DNA from: Candidatus Latescibacterota bacterium
GTDB taxonomy: Bacteria > Latescibacterota > UBA2968 > UBA8231
Assembly (NCBI GenBank): GCA_965248355.1
Contig: OZ252098.1
Location: 1,177,858-1,241,857 of the forward strand
Reading direction: 5' to 3'
DNA length: 64,000 nucleotides
The stretch's first letter is position 1. Every line of letters begins with the position of its first letter. The notes under the pieces were generated by a model. It was not told the origin of the DNA, made no database searches, and was given only the letters and a program-made list of their open reading frames with translations. Positions 49,514 through 64,000 of this stretch are shown one piece after another. The position numbers and the translations under genes are program-made.

Positions 49514-50182
49514 CTACCCCCTCTCCCCTGACTCGCCGGCCTCGGGGCCCGGCTCGCCGTGCACGGTGACCAGGGCGTCGACGGCGCCGCGAGTCAACAG
49601 CAGAGCCTCGGCGGCCAGCACCTCGTAGGTACCGAAAGTCGAGGCGGAGCGCACTTGAACGCCTGGGATGTTGCGACCGGACATGGCCAGGACCGGCTCG
49701 TTGGCGGCGGTGATGAAGAGAAGCTTCCGCCCCTGGAGACCGCAGGCCTTGAGCATGGCGGCGAAGGACTTCGTGCTCGGCTCTGCAAGCTCGAAGCCGT
49801 CCACCACCTGGACCTGCCCTTCCCGGCCCTTGGCGGTCAGCACCGAGCGCAGGGCTTGGCGGCGGACCGAACGCTGCAGCCGCATGCCGTAGGAACGCCG
49901 CTTGGGCAGACCGAAAGCCACCCCCCCGCCGCGCAGGAGGTTGGTCGTCACCGAGCCGCGGCGGGCCTGGCCGGTGCCCTTCTGCCGGTGGTGCTTGCGC
50001 TTGGAACGGCTGACCTCCGAACGACCCTTCACCGAAGCGTTGCCTTGCCGCTGGTTGCTCTCGTAGGTGACCACCGCCCGGTGGACGGCGACCTCGGAGA
50101 TAGGCGCCTCGAAGAGCTCCTCGGGAAGATCCACCGAACCCGACCTTTCGCCCTTGGCGCTGAGGATATCGACGGAAGGCAT
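49514..50182 (-). CDS. rplD: 50S ribosomal protein L4
   Basis: RQGNASVKGRSEV, RQKGTGQARRGS, RGGGVAFG; ATG at 50182. Confidence 0.95.
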   Translation of the reverse strand: MPSVDILSAKGERSGSVDLPEELFEAPISEVAVHRAVVTYESNQRQGNASVKGRSEVSRSKRKHHRQKGTGQARRGSVTTNLLRGGGVAFGLPKRRSYGMRLQRSVRRQALRSVLTAKGREGQVQVVDGFELAEPSTKSFAAMLKACGLQGRKLLFITAANEPVLAMSGRNIPGVQVRSASTFGTYEVLAAEALLLTRGAVDALVTVHGEPGPEAGESGERG

Positions 50183-50184
50183 AC

Positions 50185-50493
50185 TCAGACCTTGATGTCG
50201 ATGCCGATACCCGCGGGCAAATCGAGCTTCATAAGCGAATCCACCGTCTGCGGCGTCGACTCGTAGATGTCGATCAACCGCTTGTGGACGCGCGTCTCGA
50301 ACTGCTCCCGGGACTTCTTGTCCACGTGAGGCCCCCGCAGCACGGTATACACGGTGCGCTGCGTGGGCAGCGGAACAGGACCCGCGATCCGGGCGCCACT
50401 GCGCCGCACGGTCTGGACGATCTCGTCCACCGAACGATCGAGAGCCGCATGGTCGTAGGCCTTCAGCCGGATGCGAATCCTGTCGACAGCCAC
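50185..50493 (-). CDS. rpsJ: 30S ribosomal protein S10
   Basis: [30 protein letters not shown]. Confidence 0.98.
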   Translation of the reverse strand: MAVDRIRIRLKAYDHAALDRSVDEIVQTVRRSGARIAGPVPLPTQRTVYTVLRGPHVDKKSREQFETRVHKRLIDIYESTPQTVDSLMKLDLPAGIGIDIKV

Positions 50494-50510
50494 CGAAGCG
50501 TCCTCCCCGA

Positions 50511-51701
<1,191 letters not shown>

Positions 51702-51760
51702 CTGGGCTTATCCTCTCTGGGGTCTGCGTGCGCGCTCGGGGCGCGCTGGTCTGCTGTCGT

Positions 51761-53857
51761 CTATGCCTTGGCTTCCTGGGTACCGCGAATCCGGGTGAAG
51801 ATTTCGTCCATCACCGAGCGGGAGACCTCGCGGAAGTTGGCAAACTGAAGGGTGAACACACCGCGCCCCTGGGTGAGGGAACGCAGTCGCGTGGCATATC
51901 CGAAAGTCTCTGCCAGCGGCACCTTGGCGCTGATCACCTGCGCGTCGGAGCGAGGATTGATGCCCGCCACATCGGCGCGGTGGGCATTGAGGTCGCCGAT
52001 GACATCTCCGAGGTATTGCTCGGGCACGACGACCTCCAGATCCATGATCGGCTCCATGAGGAAGGGGTGGGCCTTGGAGGCGCCATCCTTGAAGGCCATG
52101 GAGCCGGCCACCTTGAAGGCTATCTCCGAGGAGTCGACCTCGTGGAAGGAACCGTCCAGGAGCTGTACCCGCACGTCGTCGATGGGGTAGCCGGCCACCG
52201 GACCGTTCAGCATGGCCTCCTGGATGCCTTCCTTCACCGCAGGGATGTACTCTCGAGGCACGGCGCCCCCGACGATCTTGTTCTCGAAAATCAGGCCCGT
52301 CCCGGGCTCACCCGGATCCAGCTGGAGCTCGACGTGGCCGTACTGGCCGCGCCCCCCCGACTGCCGGACGAACCGGCCCGAGGACCGCACGGAGCCGCGC
52401 AGGCCCTCCTTGTAGGCCACCTGCGGACGACCGACGTTGGCCTCGACCTTGAATTCGCGGAACAGGCGATCCACCAGGATCTCCAGGTGCAGTTCGCCCA
52501 TGCCGGAGATCACCGTCTGGGCCGTCTCCGGATCAACCCGCACCTGGAAGGTCGGATCCTCTTCGGCTAGCTTGGACAGGGCCCCCTGAAGGGATTCCTG
52601 ATCGGCGCGGGTCTTCGGCTCGATGGCCACATGAACGACCGGTTTGTCGAACTCGATCTTCTCGAGGACCACCGGGTCCGCCTCATCGCACAGGGTGTCC
52701 CCCGTGGTGGTGTTCTTCAAGCCCACGACGGCGACGATGTCACCGGCGTGCACCTCCCTCTTCTCAGTGCGATCATTGGCGTGCATCTCGAGAAGGCGGG
52801 AGGCCCGCTCCCGGCGGCCGGTGCTGACGTTGTAGACGTAGGTGCCGGCCCCGAGGGTGCCGGAATAGACCCGGATGAAGGACAGGCGACCCACGAAGGG
52901 GTCGGTCATGATCTTGAAAGCCAGAGCCGAGAACGGCTCTTCGTCGCGGGCCTGGCGCTCCACCTGCTCCTCGGAGTCGGGCCGATGCCCGGTGACGGCG
53001 GGAACGTCCGCCGGCGAGGGCAGATAGTCGACGACCGCGTCGAGCAGCCGCTGCACGCCCTTGTAGCGGAAGGCGGAGCCGCAGGTGACAGGCACCGCCC
53101 GGAGGGCGATGGTCGCCTTGCGCAGGGCGGCCATGATCTCCTCCGGTGCGATCTCGCCGCCCTCGAGGAACTTCTCCAGGAGTCCGTCGTCGAAGTCGGC
53201 CACGGCCTCCAGGAGATTCTCGCGGTACTGGAGGGCGGGCTCCAGGAGATCTTCGGGGATCTGGTCCTCGTGGAAGTTGGCCCCCAGAGAGGTTTCCTCG
53301 TAGGTGATCGCCCGCATGGAGACCAGATCGATGAGGCCGTTGAAGGTCTCGCCCGTACCGATGGGAAGCTGAATGGGAACGAAGTTGCTCCCCAGGCGCT
53401 CCTCGAGCATCTCCAGGACGCGGAAGAAGTCGGCCCCGTTGCGATCCATCTTGTTGACGAAGGCGATGCGCGGAACCTCGTAACGGTCGGCCTGCCGCCA
53501 GACCGTCTCCGACTGAGGCTCCACTCCGCCCACGGCACAGAACACTCCCACGGCGCCGTCAAGGACGCGCAGGGAGCGCTCTACCTCGGCCGTGAAGTCC
53601 ACGTGCCCCGGGGTATCGATGATGTTGATGCGGTGGCCGTTCCACTCGCAGGCCGTGGCTGCCGAGGTGATCGTAATCCCCCGCTCGCGCTCCTGGTCCA
53701 TCCAGTCCATGACCGTGTTGCCGTCATGGACCTCTCCCATGCGGTGCAGGCGGCCCGTGTAGTACAGAATGCGCTCGGTCGTCGTCGTCTTGCCCGCGTC
53801 GATATGGGCGGCGATGCCGATGTTGCGCGTCAGGTCGATACGGTGGGGGCGGGCCAT
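51761..53857 (-). CDS. fusA: Elongation factor G
   Basis: [34 protein letters not shown]. Confidence 0.99.
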   Translation of the reverse strand: MARPHRIDLTRNIGIAAHIDAGKTTTTERILYYTGRLHRMGEVHDGNTVMDWMDQERERGITITSAATACEWNGHRINIIDTPGHVDFTAEVERSLRVLDGAVGVFCAVGGVEPQSETVWRQADRYEVPRIAFVNKMDRNGADFFRVLEMLEERLGSNFVPIQLPIGTGETFNGLIDLVSMRAITYEETSLGANFHEDQIPEDLLEPALQYRENLLEAVADFDDGLLEKFLEGGEIAPEEIMAALRKATIALRAVPVTCGSAFRYKGVQRLLDAVVDYLPSPADVPAVTGHRPDSEEQVERQARDEEPFSALAFKIMTDPFVGRLSFIRVYSGTLGAGTYVYNVSTGRRERASRLLEMHANDRTEKREVHAGDIVAVVGLKNTTTGDTLCDEADPVVLEKIEFDKPVVHVAIEPKTRADQESLQGALSKLAEEDPTFQVRVDPETAQTVISGMGELHLEILVDRLFREFKVEANVGRPQVAYKEGLRGSVRSSGRFVRQSGGRGQYGHVELQLDPGEPGTGLIFENKIVGGAVPREYIPAVKEGIQEAMLNGPVAGYPIDDVRVQLLDGSFHEVDSSEIAFKVAGSMAFKDGASKAHPFLMEPIMDLEVVVPEQYLGDVIGDLNAHRADVAGINPRSDAQVISAKVPLAETFGYATRLRSLTQGRGVFTLQFANFREVSRSVMDEIFTRIRGTQEAKA

Positions 53858-53931
53858 GAGGGCAGCGGGTCGGATTCGGGGGATGGGAGGGGGATCGAAT
53901 CGAAGAGAGAGTCAGCTCGGCGAGACGGTCG

Positions 53932-54402
53932 CTAAAACCGGTAGTGCGCGAAGGCCTTGTTGGCCTCCGCCATTCGGTGCACGTCGTCACGGGCGCGTAT
54001 GGCGCCGCCCTCGCCGTTGGCTGCGGCAATCAACTCGTTGGCGAGGCGCTCGGCCATGGTGCGCTCGGAGCGCTCACGGGCGTAACGGATCAACCACTTG
54101 ATCGAGCGCGTGGTACGTTCCTCGGGGCGCACCTCGAGTGGCACCTGGAGGGTCTGCGAACCGACGCGGCGGGACTTGGTGATGACCATTGGCTTGCAGT
54201 TCTCGACCGCCTTGAGAAAGATGTCGAGCCCCTGCTGCTCGGAACGGCCGGTGACCATGTCGATGGCAGAGTAGAAGATCTGTTCCGCCGTGCTCTTCTT
54301 GCCCTGCTTCATCAGGCAATTGATGAACCGCGTCGCCAGAGGATTGTGATACTTGGGATCCGGGAGGATCTGGCGCTTCACCGCGCGGCGTCTGCGAGAC
54401 AT
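53932..54402 (-). CDS. rpsG: 30S ribosomal protein S7
   Basis: GKKSTAE, SRRVG..QVP, HRMAEANKAFAHYRF; ATG at 54402. Confidence 0.97.
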   Translation of the reverse strand: MSRRRRAVKRQILPDPKYHNPLATRFINCLMKQGKKSTAEQIFYSAIDMVTGRSEQQGLDIFLKAVENCKPMVITKSRRVGSQTLQVPLEVRPEERTTRSIKWLIRYARERSERTMAERLANELIAAANGEGGAIRARDDVHRMAEANKAFAHYRF

Positions 54403-54413
54403 GGGGGCCCTGC

Positions 54414-54788
54414 CTATCCCTGGCCCCGGCGGGCGCCGTACTTCGACCGCCCCTGCTTGCGCTCGGCTACGCCGCTGGCGTCGAGGACGCCGCGGATGAT
54501 GTGGTAGCGCACCCCCGGCACGTCCTGCAGGCGCCCGCCCCGAACCAGGACGATGGAGTGTTCCTGGAGGTTGTTGCCCTCGCCGGGGATGTAGGCCGTG
54601 ACCTCCTGACCGGTGGTCAGCCGTACGCGGGCCATCTTCCGCAGGGCGGAATTGGGCTTCTTCGGGGTCGTCGTGTAGACGCGCGTGCAGACCCCGCGCC
54701 GCTGAGGACATCCTCTCAGGGCCGGGGAGTCGGTTCGCGACTTGGCCTTGCGGCGCCCCTTGCGGACTAGCTGGCTGATTGTGGGCAA
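54414..54788 (-). CDS. rpsL: 30S ribosomal protein S12 (TTG start)
   Basis: [31 protein letters not shown]. Confidence 0.98.
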   Translation of the reverse strand: MPTISQLVRKGRRKAKSRTDSPALRGCPQRRGVCTRVYTTTPKKPNSALRKMARVRLTTGQEVTAYIPGEGNNLQEHSIVLVRGGRLQDVPGVRYHIIRGVLDASGVAERKQGRSKYGARRGQG

Positions 54789-54899
54789 GAACGGAACCCC
54801 GGGTTGACTTGCGTGACAATTCCTTCGGCGAGAAGCGCTTGCGGCTGGCCGCCTGAGCGGGGCTCAAGGAGCTGCATCGCCAAATTACGACAGTCTTAG

Positions 54900-54928
54900 A
54901 TTATAGGTATTGGGCCACGGATCGTCAA
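54900..54928 (-). promoter_or_regulatory. sigma70 promoter of the str operon
   Basis: Minus strand TTGACG(54928-54923)-N17-TATAAT(54905-54900). Confidence 0.85.
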
Positions 54929-54958
54929 CACCACAAGATGTGGCGGGATCGTCGACGT

Positions 54959-59053
<4,095 letters not shown>

Positions 59054-59092
59054 ATCCCTCTCATGCTCGAGTGCGGTGGTTTTCCGTGCGTC

Positions 59093-62000
59093 TCAGTACG
59101 TCTCGACAGCCAGGCTGTCTTCCAAGATCACGTCCAGGCAGAGGCTCTGGAGCTCCTTGACGAGGACGTTGAAGGATTCGGGGATGCCCGGCTCGGGAGG
59201 GTTTTCCCCCTTGACGATGGCTTCGTAGATCTTCGAGCGGCCAGCCACGTCGTCGGACTTCACCGTGAGCATCTCCTGCAGTGTGTAGGCCGAACCGTAG
59301 GCTTCCAGGGCCCACACCTCCATCTCGCCGAACCGCTGACCGCCGAACTGCGCCTTTCCACCCAGCGGCTGCTGGGTCACCAGCGAGTAGGGGCCGATGG
59401 AACGGGCGTGGATCTTGTCGGACACGAGGTGGGTGAGCTTCAGCATGTAGATGTAACCCACCGTGACCCGCTTCTCCAGCTCCTGACCGGAGCGGCCGTC
59501 GTGCAGTACGGCCTTGCCGTCCTCCGCCAGGCCGGCCTGTCGCAACATCCCCATGACCTCGTCGTGCGTGGCGCCGTCGAAGACAGGCGTCGCCAAGTGC
59601 AGACCGAGCTCCCTGGCCGCCCATCCGAGGTGGGTCTCGAAGATCTGGCCGAGGTTCATGCGCGACGGGACCCCCAGGGGATTGAGAACCATGTCCACGG
59701 GCGTGCCGTCCTCGAGATAGGGCATGTCCTCCTCGGGGACGATGGCGGCTACGACACCCTTGTTGCCGTGGCGCCCCGCCATCTTGTCGCCCACTGACAA
59801 CTTGCGCTTCTTGGCGATGTAGACCTTGACGAGCTGGATGATACCCGGGGGCAGCTCGTCGCCCCGGGAGAGGCGCTCCACCTGGCGTTCCGTCTGCTCC
59901 TGCACGAGCTGAATCTGCTCGCTGGCGTAGCGCAGGAGCTCGTCCACCTTCGCGTCGATGGCTGGCCGGTCACACCAGCTCTCCTCGGGCTCGAGGGAGC
60001 TGAAGTCGATGCGCTCGAGGAGACGCTCGCTGATCTGAGTCCCCTGACGCACGGCGACGCTGCCGTCTTCCTTGCTGCACAAGGATCCGAGCTTGCTGTC
60101 GCCGAGCAATTCCATGAGCTGCCGATCGCGCTCCCTCCGGAGGGCCTCGCTCCGGGCCTCGGCCTCGGCTCGCAACTCCGAAATCGACTCCTTCTCCTCC
60201 TTTATCGCCTCGCCCCGGTTCTTGCGGGAGAACACCTTTCGGCCGATGACGACCCCCTCCATGCCCGGCGGGGCCTTCAGGGAGGCGTCCCGAACGTCTC
60301 CCGCCTTCTCCCCGAAGATGGCGCGCAACAGGCGCTCTTCGGGTGAGAGCTCGGTTTCGCCTTTCGGCGTGACCTTGCCCACGAGGATATCCCCGGGGCC
60401 GACCTCGGCGCCGATGCGGACGATGCCCTCCTCGTCGAGGTTGCGCACCGCCAGCTCGCTCACGTTCGGGATCTCGTGGGTGATCTCCTCTTGGCCGCGC
60501 TTGGTGTCGCGCACCTGGAGCTCGAACTCCTCGATATGGACCGAGGTGAACACGTCCTGGCGCAACAGACGTTCGGAGATGACGATGGCGTCCTCGAAGT
60601 TGTACCCGTTCCAAGGCATGAAGGCGCACAGGACATTCATGCCCAGGGCGAGGTCGCCGGACTCGGTGGCCGGGCCGTCGGCGATGACCTGCCCTTTCTG
60701 CACCTTGTCGCCCACCTGCACCACCGGCCGCTGGTTCATGCAGCAGTCCTGATTGGAACGGGCGAACTTGGTCAAGGAGTATTCATCGCTGTCGGCGGTG
60801 TCCAGCGGCGACAGCGGGGTGGAGCGGCGCTTGTCGCGCCGTACGAGCACGCGCTCGGAGCTGACCGACACGACCTCGCCCGGATTGCGGGCCAGGATGA
60901 CGGCGCCTGAATCGACGGCGACCTTGCGCTCCATGCCCGTACCCACGTACGGCGCCTCGGTGAACAGCAGGGGCACCGCCTGACGCTGCATGTTGGAGCC
61001 CATGAGGGCCCGGTTGGCGTCGTCGTGCTCCAGGAAGGGGATCAGGGCGGCCGCCGCGCTCACCAACTGTTTCGGGGAGACGTCCATGTACTGGCACTCC
61101 TCGGGCGTCACCATTGGGTAGTCATCGCGCTGGCGCGCCTTGACCAGGGCATTGACGAAGGAACCGTCCTCCTTGAGGAGCTCGTTGGCCTGGGCGATGG
61201 TGAAGCGATCCTCCTGATCGGCCGAAAGGAACTCGATCCTGTCTGTCGCCTTGCCGTCCACAACCTGGCGGTACGGCGTCTCCAGAAAACCGAACTCGTT
61301 GACACGGGCGAAGGTGCTCAAGGAGGAGATCAGGCCGATATTCGGACCTTCCGGTGTCTCGATCGGACAGATTCGGCCGTAGTGGGTGTAGTGAACGTCC
61401 CGGACCTCGAATCCGGCGCGGTCCCGGCTAAGCCCCCCCGGGCCCAGAGCGGAGAGGCGGCGTTTGTGGGTGAGCTCGTCGAGCGGATTGTTCTGCTGCA
61501 TGAACTGGGACAACTGCGAGGAACCGAAGAAGGCCTGCACCACGGTCGATACGGTTCGGGCGTTGACCAGGTCGTGAGGTGTGGGGCGTTCGTCGGTGTG
61601 CAGGCTCATGCGCTCGCGAATGGTACGCGCCATGCGCGTCAGGCCGCTGCTGAACTGGTTGGCCAGCAGCTCGCCCACGAGGCGGACACGTCGATTGCCG
61701 AGGTGGTCGATGTCGTCGGTAAACCCCTGCCCCATGCGCAGCTCCACCAGGTAACGCAGGATCGCCATGAAATCCTCCAGATGGAGGATCGTGCTCTGGG
61801 CGGGGACGTCGAGATCGAGACGGCGGTTGATGCGGTGACGTCCGACATCGCCCAGATTGTAGCGCTTGGGGTTGAAGAACAGGCGGTCGAGCAGGCCGCG
61901 GGCGGTCTCGATGTTGGGCGGATCACCGGGACGCAGGAGGTTGTAGATCCGGGTCAGCGCGTCTTCCTCGTTCTCGCTCGGATCCTTCTTGAGGGTGTTC

Positions 62001-62923
62001 TCCAGGATCCCCGGGTCATTGGGCGACGGGCCCCCCAGGAGGCGCACCTTCTTGAAGGGCGAGCCCTTGAGCGCCTCGAGAACCTCTTCGCTGATCTCCG
62101 TGTATCCTTCGGCGAGAATCTCTCCCGAACGCTTGTTGACCACGTCCTCGGACCCAAGCGTCCGTCCGAGGATCTCATCGGAGATCTCCGCCTCCTCCTC
62201 TTCCCGGAAGAGGGCCATCACCTCGCCGTTGCGCGAGAAACCCATGGCCCGCAGCAGCAGCGACACGGGCATCTTCCTGCGGCGGTCGATGTGCACGTAC
62301 ATGATGTCGTTGATATCAAGACTGAACTCGAGCCAGGGACCCTTGGAAGGCAGAATGCGGGCCGAGAACAGCCGCTTGCCGTTGGGGTGCAGGGTCTCGT
62401 CGAAGAACACGCCCGGAGAACGGTGCAACTGACTGACGACGACACGTTCGGCCCCGTTGATGACGAAGGTGCCCTCCTCGGTCATGATGGGCAGTTCCCC
62501 GAGAAAGACGGACTGCTCAACCACGTCCTTCACGGGCTTGTCGGGACTCTCCTTGTCCCGCGTGACCAGCCGCAGTGTGGCGCGCAGGGGCGCGGCGAAG
62601 GTCATGCCCCGCTCGCGGCACTCCTCAACACTGTACCTCGGGTTGCCGCAGGAATAGTCGACGTACTCGAGGGAGTAGATGCCGTGGACATCCGAGATGG
62701 GAAAGATGCTCTCGAAGACCAAGTGGAGGCCGCGACGCTGTCGGCGCTGCGGGGGTGTTTCGAGTTGCAGAAACGACTTGTAGGACTCGATCTGAACTTC
62801 GAGGAGGTTGGGCATCGGCACGATCTCGGCGATCTTGCCGAAGGAACGCCGCTCGATGCTCCCGCTGCAGCTTGCCACCCCGTCCCCGTTCGTGCTGGGC
62901 ATTGTTGCGCTCAAGGCCTGCAC
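59093..62923 (-). CDS. rpoB: RNA polymerase beta subunit (start approximate)
   Basis: [49 protein letters not shown]. Confidence 0.99.
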   Translation of the reverse strand: MQALSATMPSTNGDGVASCSGSIERRSFGKIAEIVPMPNLLEVQIESYKSFLQLETPPQRRQRRGLHLVFESIFPISDVHGIYSLEYVDYSCGNPRYSVEECRERGMTFAAPLRATLRLVTRDKESPDKPVKDVVEQSVFLGELPIMTEEGTFVINGAERVVVSQLHRSPGVFFDETLHPNGKRLFSARILPSKGPWLEFSLDINDIMYVHIDRRRKMPVSLLLRAMGFSRNGEVMALFREEEEAEISDEILGRTLGSEDVVNKRSGEILAEGYTEISEEVLEALKGSPFKKVRLLGGPSPNDPGILENTLKKDPSENEEDALTRIYNLLRPGDPPNIETARGLLDRLFFNPKRYNLGDVGRHRINRRLDLDVPAQSTILHLEDFMAILRYLVELRMGQGFTDDIDHLGNRRVRLVGELLANQFSSGLTRMARTIRERMSLHTDERPTPHDLVNARTVSTVVQAFFGSSQLSQFMQQNNPLDELTHKRRLSALGPGGLSRDRAGFEVRDVHYTHYGRICPIETPEGPNIGLISSLSTFARVNEFGFLETPYRQVVDGKATDRIEFLSADQEDRFTIAQANELLKEDGSFVNALVKARQRDDYPMVTPEECQYMDVSPKQLVSAAAALIPFLEHDDANRALMGSNMQRQAVPLLFTEAPYVGTGMERKVAVDSGAVILARNPGEVVSVSSERVLVRRDKRRSTPLSPLDTADSDEYSLTKFARSNQDCCMNQRPVVQVGDKVQKGQVIADGPATESGDLALGMNVLCAFMPWNGYNFEDAIVISERLLRQDVFTSVHIEEFELQVRDTKRGQEEITHEIPNVSELAVRNLDEEGIVRIGAEVGPGDILVGKVTPKGETELSPEERLLRAIFGEKAGDVRDASLKAPPGMEGVVIGRKVFSRKNRGEAIKEEKESISELRAEAEARSEALRRERDRQLMELLGDSKLGSLCSKEDGSVAVRQGTQISERLLERIDFSSLEPEESWCDRPAIDAKVDELLRYASEQIQLVQEQTERQVERLSRGDELPPGIIQLVKVYIAKKRKLSVGDKMAGRHGNKGVVAAIVPEEDMPYLEDGTPVDMVLNPLGVPSRMNLGQIFETHLGWAARELGLHLATPVFDGATHDEVMGMLRQAGLAEDGKAVLHDGRSGQELEKRVTVGYIYMLKLTHLVSDKIHARSIGPYSLVTQQPLGGKAQFGGQRFGEMEVWALEAYGSAYTLQEMLTVKSDDVAGRSKIYEAIVKGENPPEPGIPESFNVLVKELQSLCLDVILEDSLAVETY

Positions 62924-63138
62924 TCCTTCTTGTGCCGGTTCGGCAAGGCGGTCAGGGCCTGCCGCGATTCATGCGCGAGATCACGGATGCCCGCCCTGAT
63001 CGAGGGGCATGCGTAAACCGGCGCTTCAAGGGTTGAAAAATCGATTGGGAATGAGCCTGTACCGGCGCCGCCCGGGCCGGGCCAGCGTGGACCCCTCGAC
63101 CGACAAGCCGGTCGGAAGGCAGCCGTGGAAGACGGCTG

Positions 63139-63546
63139 TCACTTGATTTCGACAGTGGCTCCCGCCTCGGTCAATTTGGCCTGGATCTCCTCTGCCTCCT
63201 GCTTGGGCACAGCTTCCTTAACCGCCTTGGGCGCCTCGTCGACCAAGGCCTTGGCCTCCTTGAGCCCCAGGCTCGTGATCTCGCGAACCACCTTGATCAC
63301 CTGGATCTTCTTGTCGCCCGCGCTCGTGAGGACGACATCGAACTCGACCTGCTCCTCCACCGCCTCGCCGCCCTCGCCGCCGCCGGGCACCACCCCGGCC
63401 ATCATGACCGGAGCCGCGGCCGAAACACCGAACCTGTCCTCCAGAGCCTTGACCAGCTCGGCCAGCTCGAGTACGGTCAGGCCGCCGATGGTCTCGATGA
63501 TCTCGCCCACCTTGGGGCTGACGCTGACTTCCTGTTCCTCGCTCAT
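63139..63546 (-). CDS. rplL: 50S ribosomal protein L7/L12
   Basis: [32 protein letters not shown]. Confidence 0.98.
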   Translation of the reverse strand: MSEEQEVSVSPKVGEIIETIGGLTVLELAELVKALEDRFGVSAAAPVMMAGVVPGGGEGGEAVEEQVEFDVVLTSAGDKKIQVIKVVREITSLGLKEAKALVDEAPKAVKEAVPKQEAEEIQAKLTEAGATVEIK

Positions 63547-63603
63547 GGCTTTCTTGTCCTCCGCATGGTTTCTTGCTCGTTTCGAGAATCGAATCAGGAG
63601 CCT

Positions 63604-64000
63604 TCAGGACCCGGTGCCGGCATCGGCCTCCGATCGTTGCTCAGCGATCGCCGAGAGGGCGGCCACCAGACTTCGCAGCAGTCCGTTGAGAACCGCCGAC
63701 AGCCCATAGAGCGGCGCCTGGACGGAGCCGACCACCTGGCCTATCAACCCCTCGCGGGAAGGCAGCTTGGCCAATTGCGCCACGGCCTCGGCCGTCAGGA
63801 TCTGTCCGTCCACCAGGCCTGTCTTGATGGCCAGCTTGCCGCCCCTGTCGATGAACTCCTGCAGGATCTTCGCCGGAGCCACGGGGTCGTCATGGGCAAA
63901 GGCCATCGCCGTGGGACCTTCGAGGTACTGCTCCAGGCCCTCCAGCCCGGCGTCGCTGGCAGCCCTCTTGGCCAGGCGGTTCTTCACCACCTGATACTCG
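63604..64000 (-). CDS. rplJ: 50S ribosomal protein L10 (5' part outside the window)
   Basis: VVKNRLA, GPTAMAF, DPVAPAK, LAKLPSRE; frame open to the window edge. Confidence 0.95.
   Translation of the reverse strand, partial: EYQVVKNRLAKRAASDAGLEGLEQYLEGPTAMAFAHDDPVAPAKILQEFIDRGGKLAIKTGLVDGQILTAEAVAQLAKLPSREGLIGQVVGSVQAPLYGLSAVLNGLLRSLVAALSAIAEQRSEADAGTGS

Noticed and set aside
62924-63138. Possible structured leader between rplL and rpoB
   Set aside because: Only short imperfect hairpins; no recognisable RNA family can be supported by eye

Overview
High-GC bacterial chromosome segment, almost fully coding. RpoC carries an F-loop insertion ([21 protein letters not shown]) of the type I associate with the FCB superphylum, so a Latescibacterota/Gemmatimonadota-like organism is inferred. 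Left part (1-11.9 kb): polX-PHP, metH behind a 20-bp palindromic operator, an S1/P1-type Zn hydrolase, 1-Cys peroxiredoxin, a small HTH gene coupled to ssb, a class V PLP enzyme and recG. Middle part (12-33 kb, all minus strand): an envelope cluster running LpoA-like protein, FmdB Zn ribbon, TPR lipoprotein, moxR, DUF58, a Gld-like ABC module with an internally duplicated GldG-like protein, DUF4340, batA-E, then a MurG-HEAT fusion and a divergent mraY outside any dcw cluster. A ClpX-like ATPase, a sigma-54 activator with a degenerate receiver and rlmD follow. Right part (37.5-64 kb): rplJL-rpoBC-str-S10-spc-alpha superoperon. Most notable points: the Bat/Gld/MurG-HEAT/MraY cluster, clean absence of rplC between rpsJ and rplD, and substitutions at normally near-invariant drug-target positions in RpoB and uS12. 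No rRNA, tRNA, CRISPR array or mobile element was recognised. All family calls come from motif recognition and remembered consensus sequences, not database searches.
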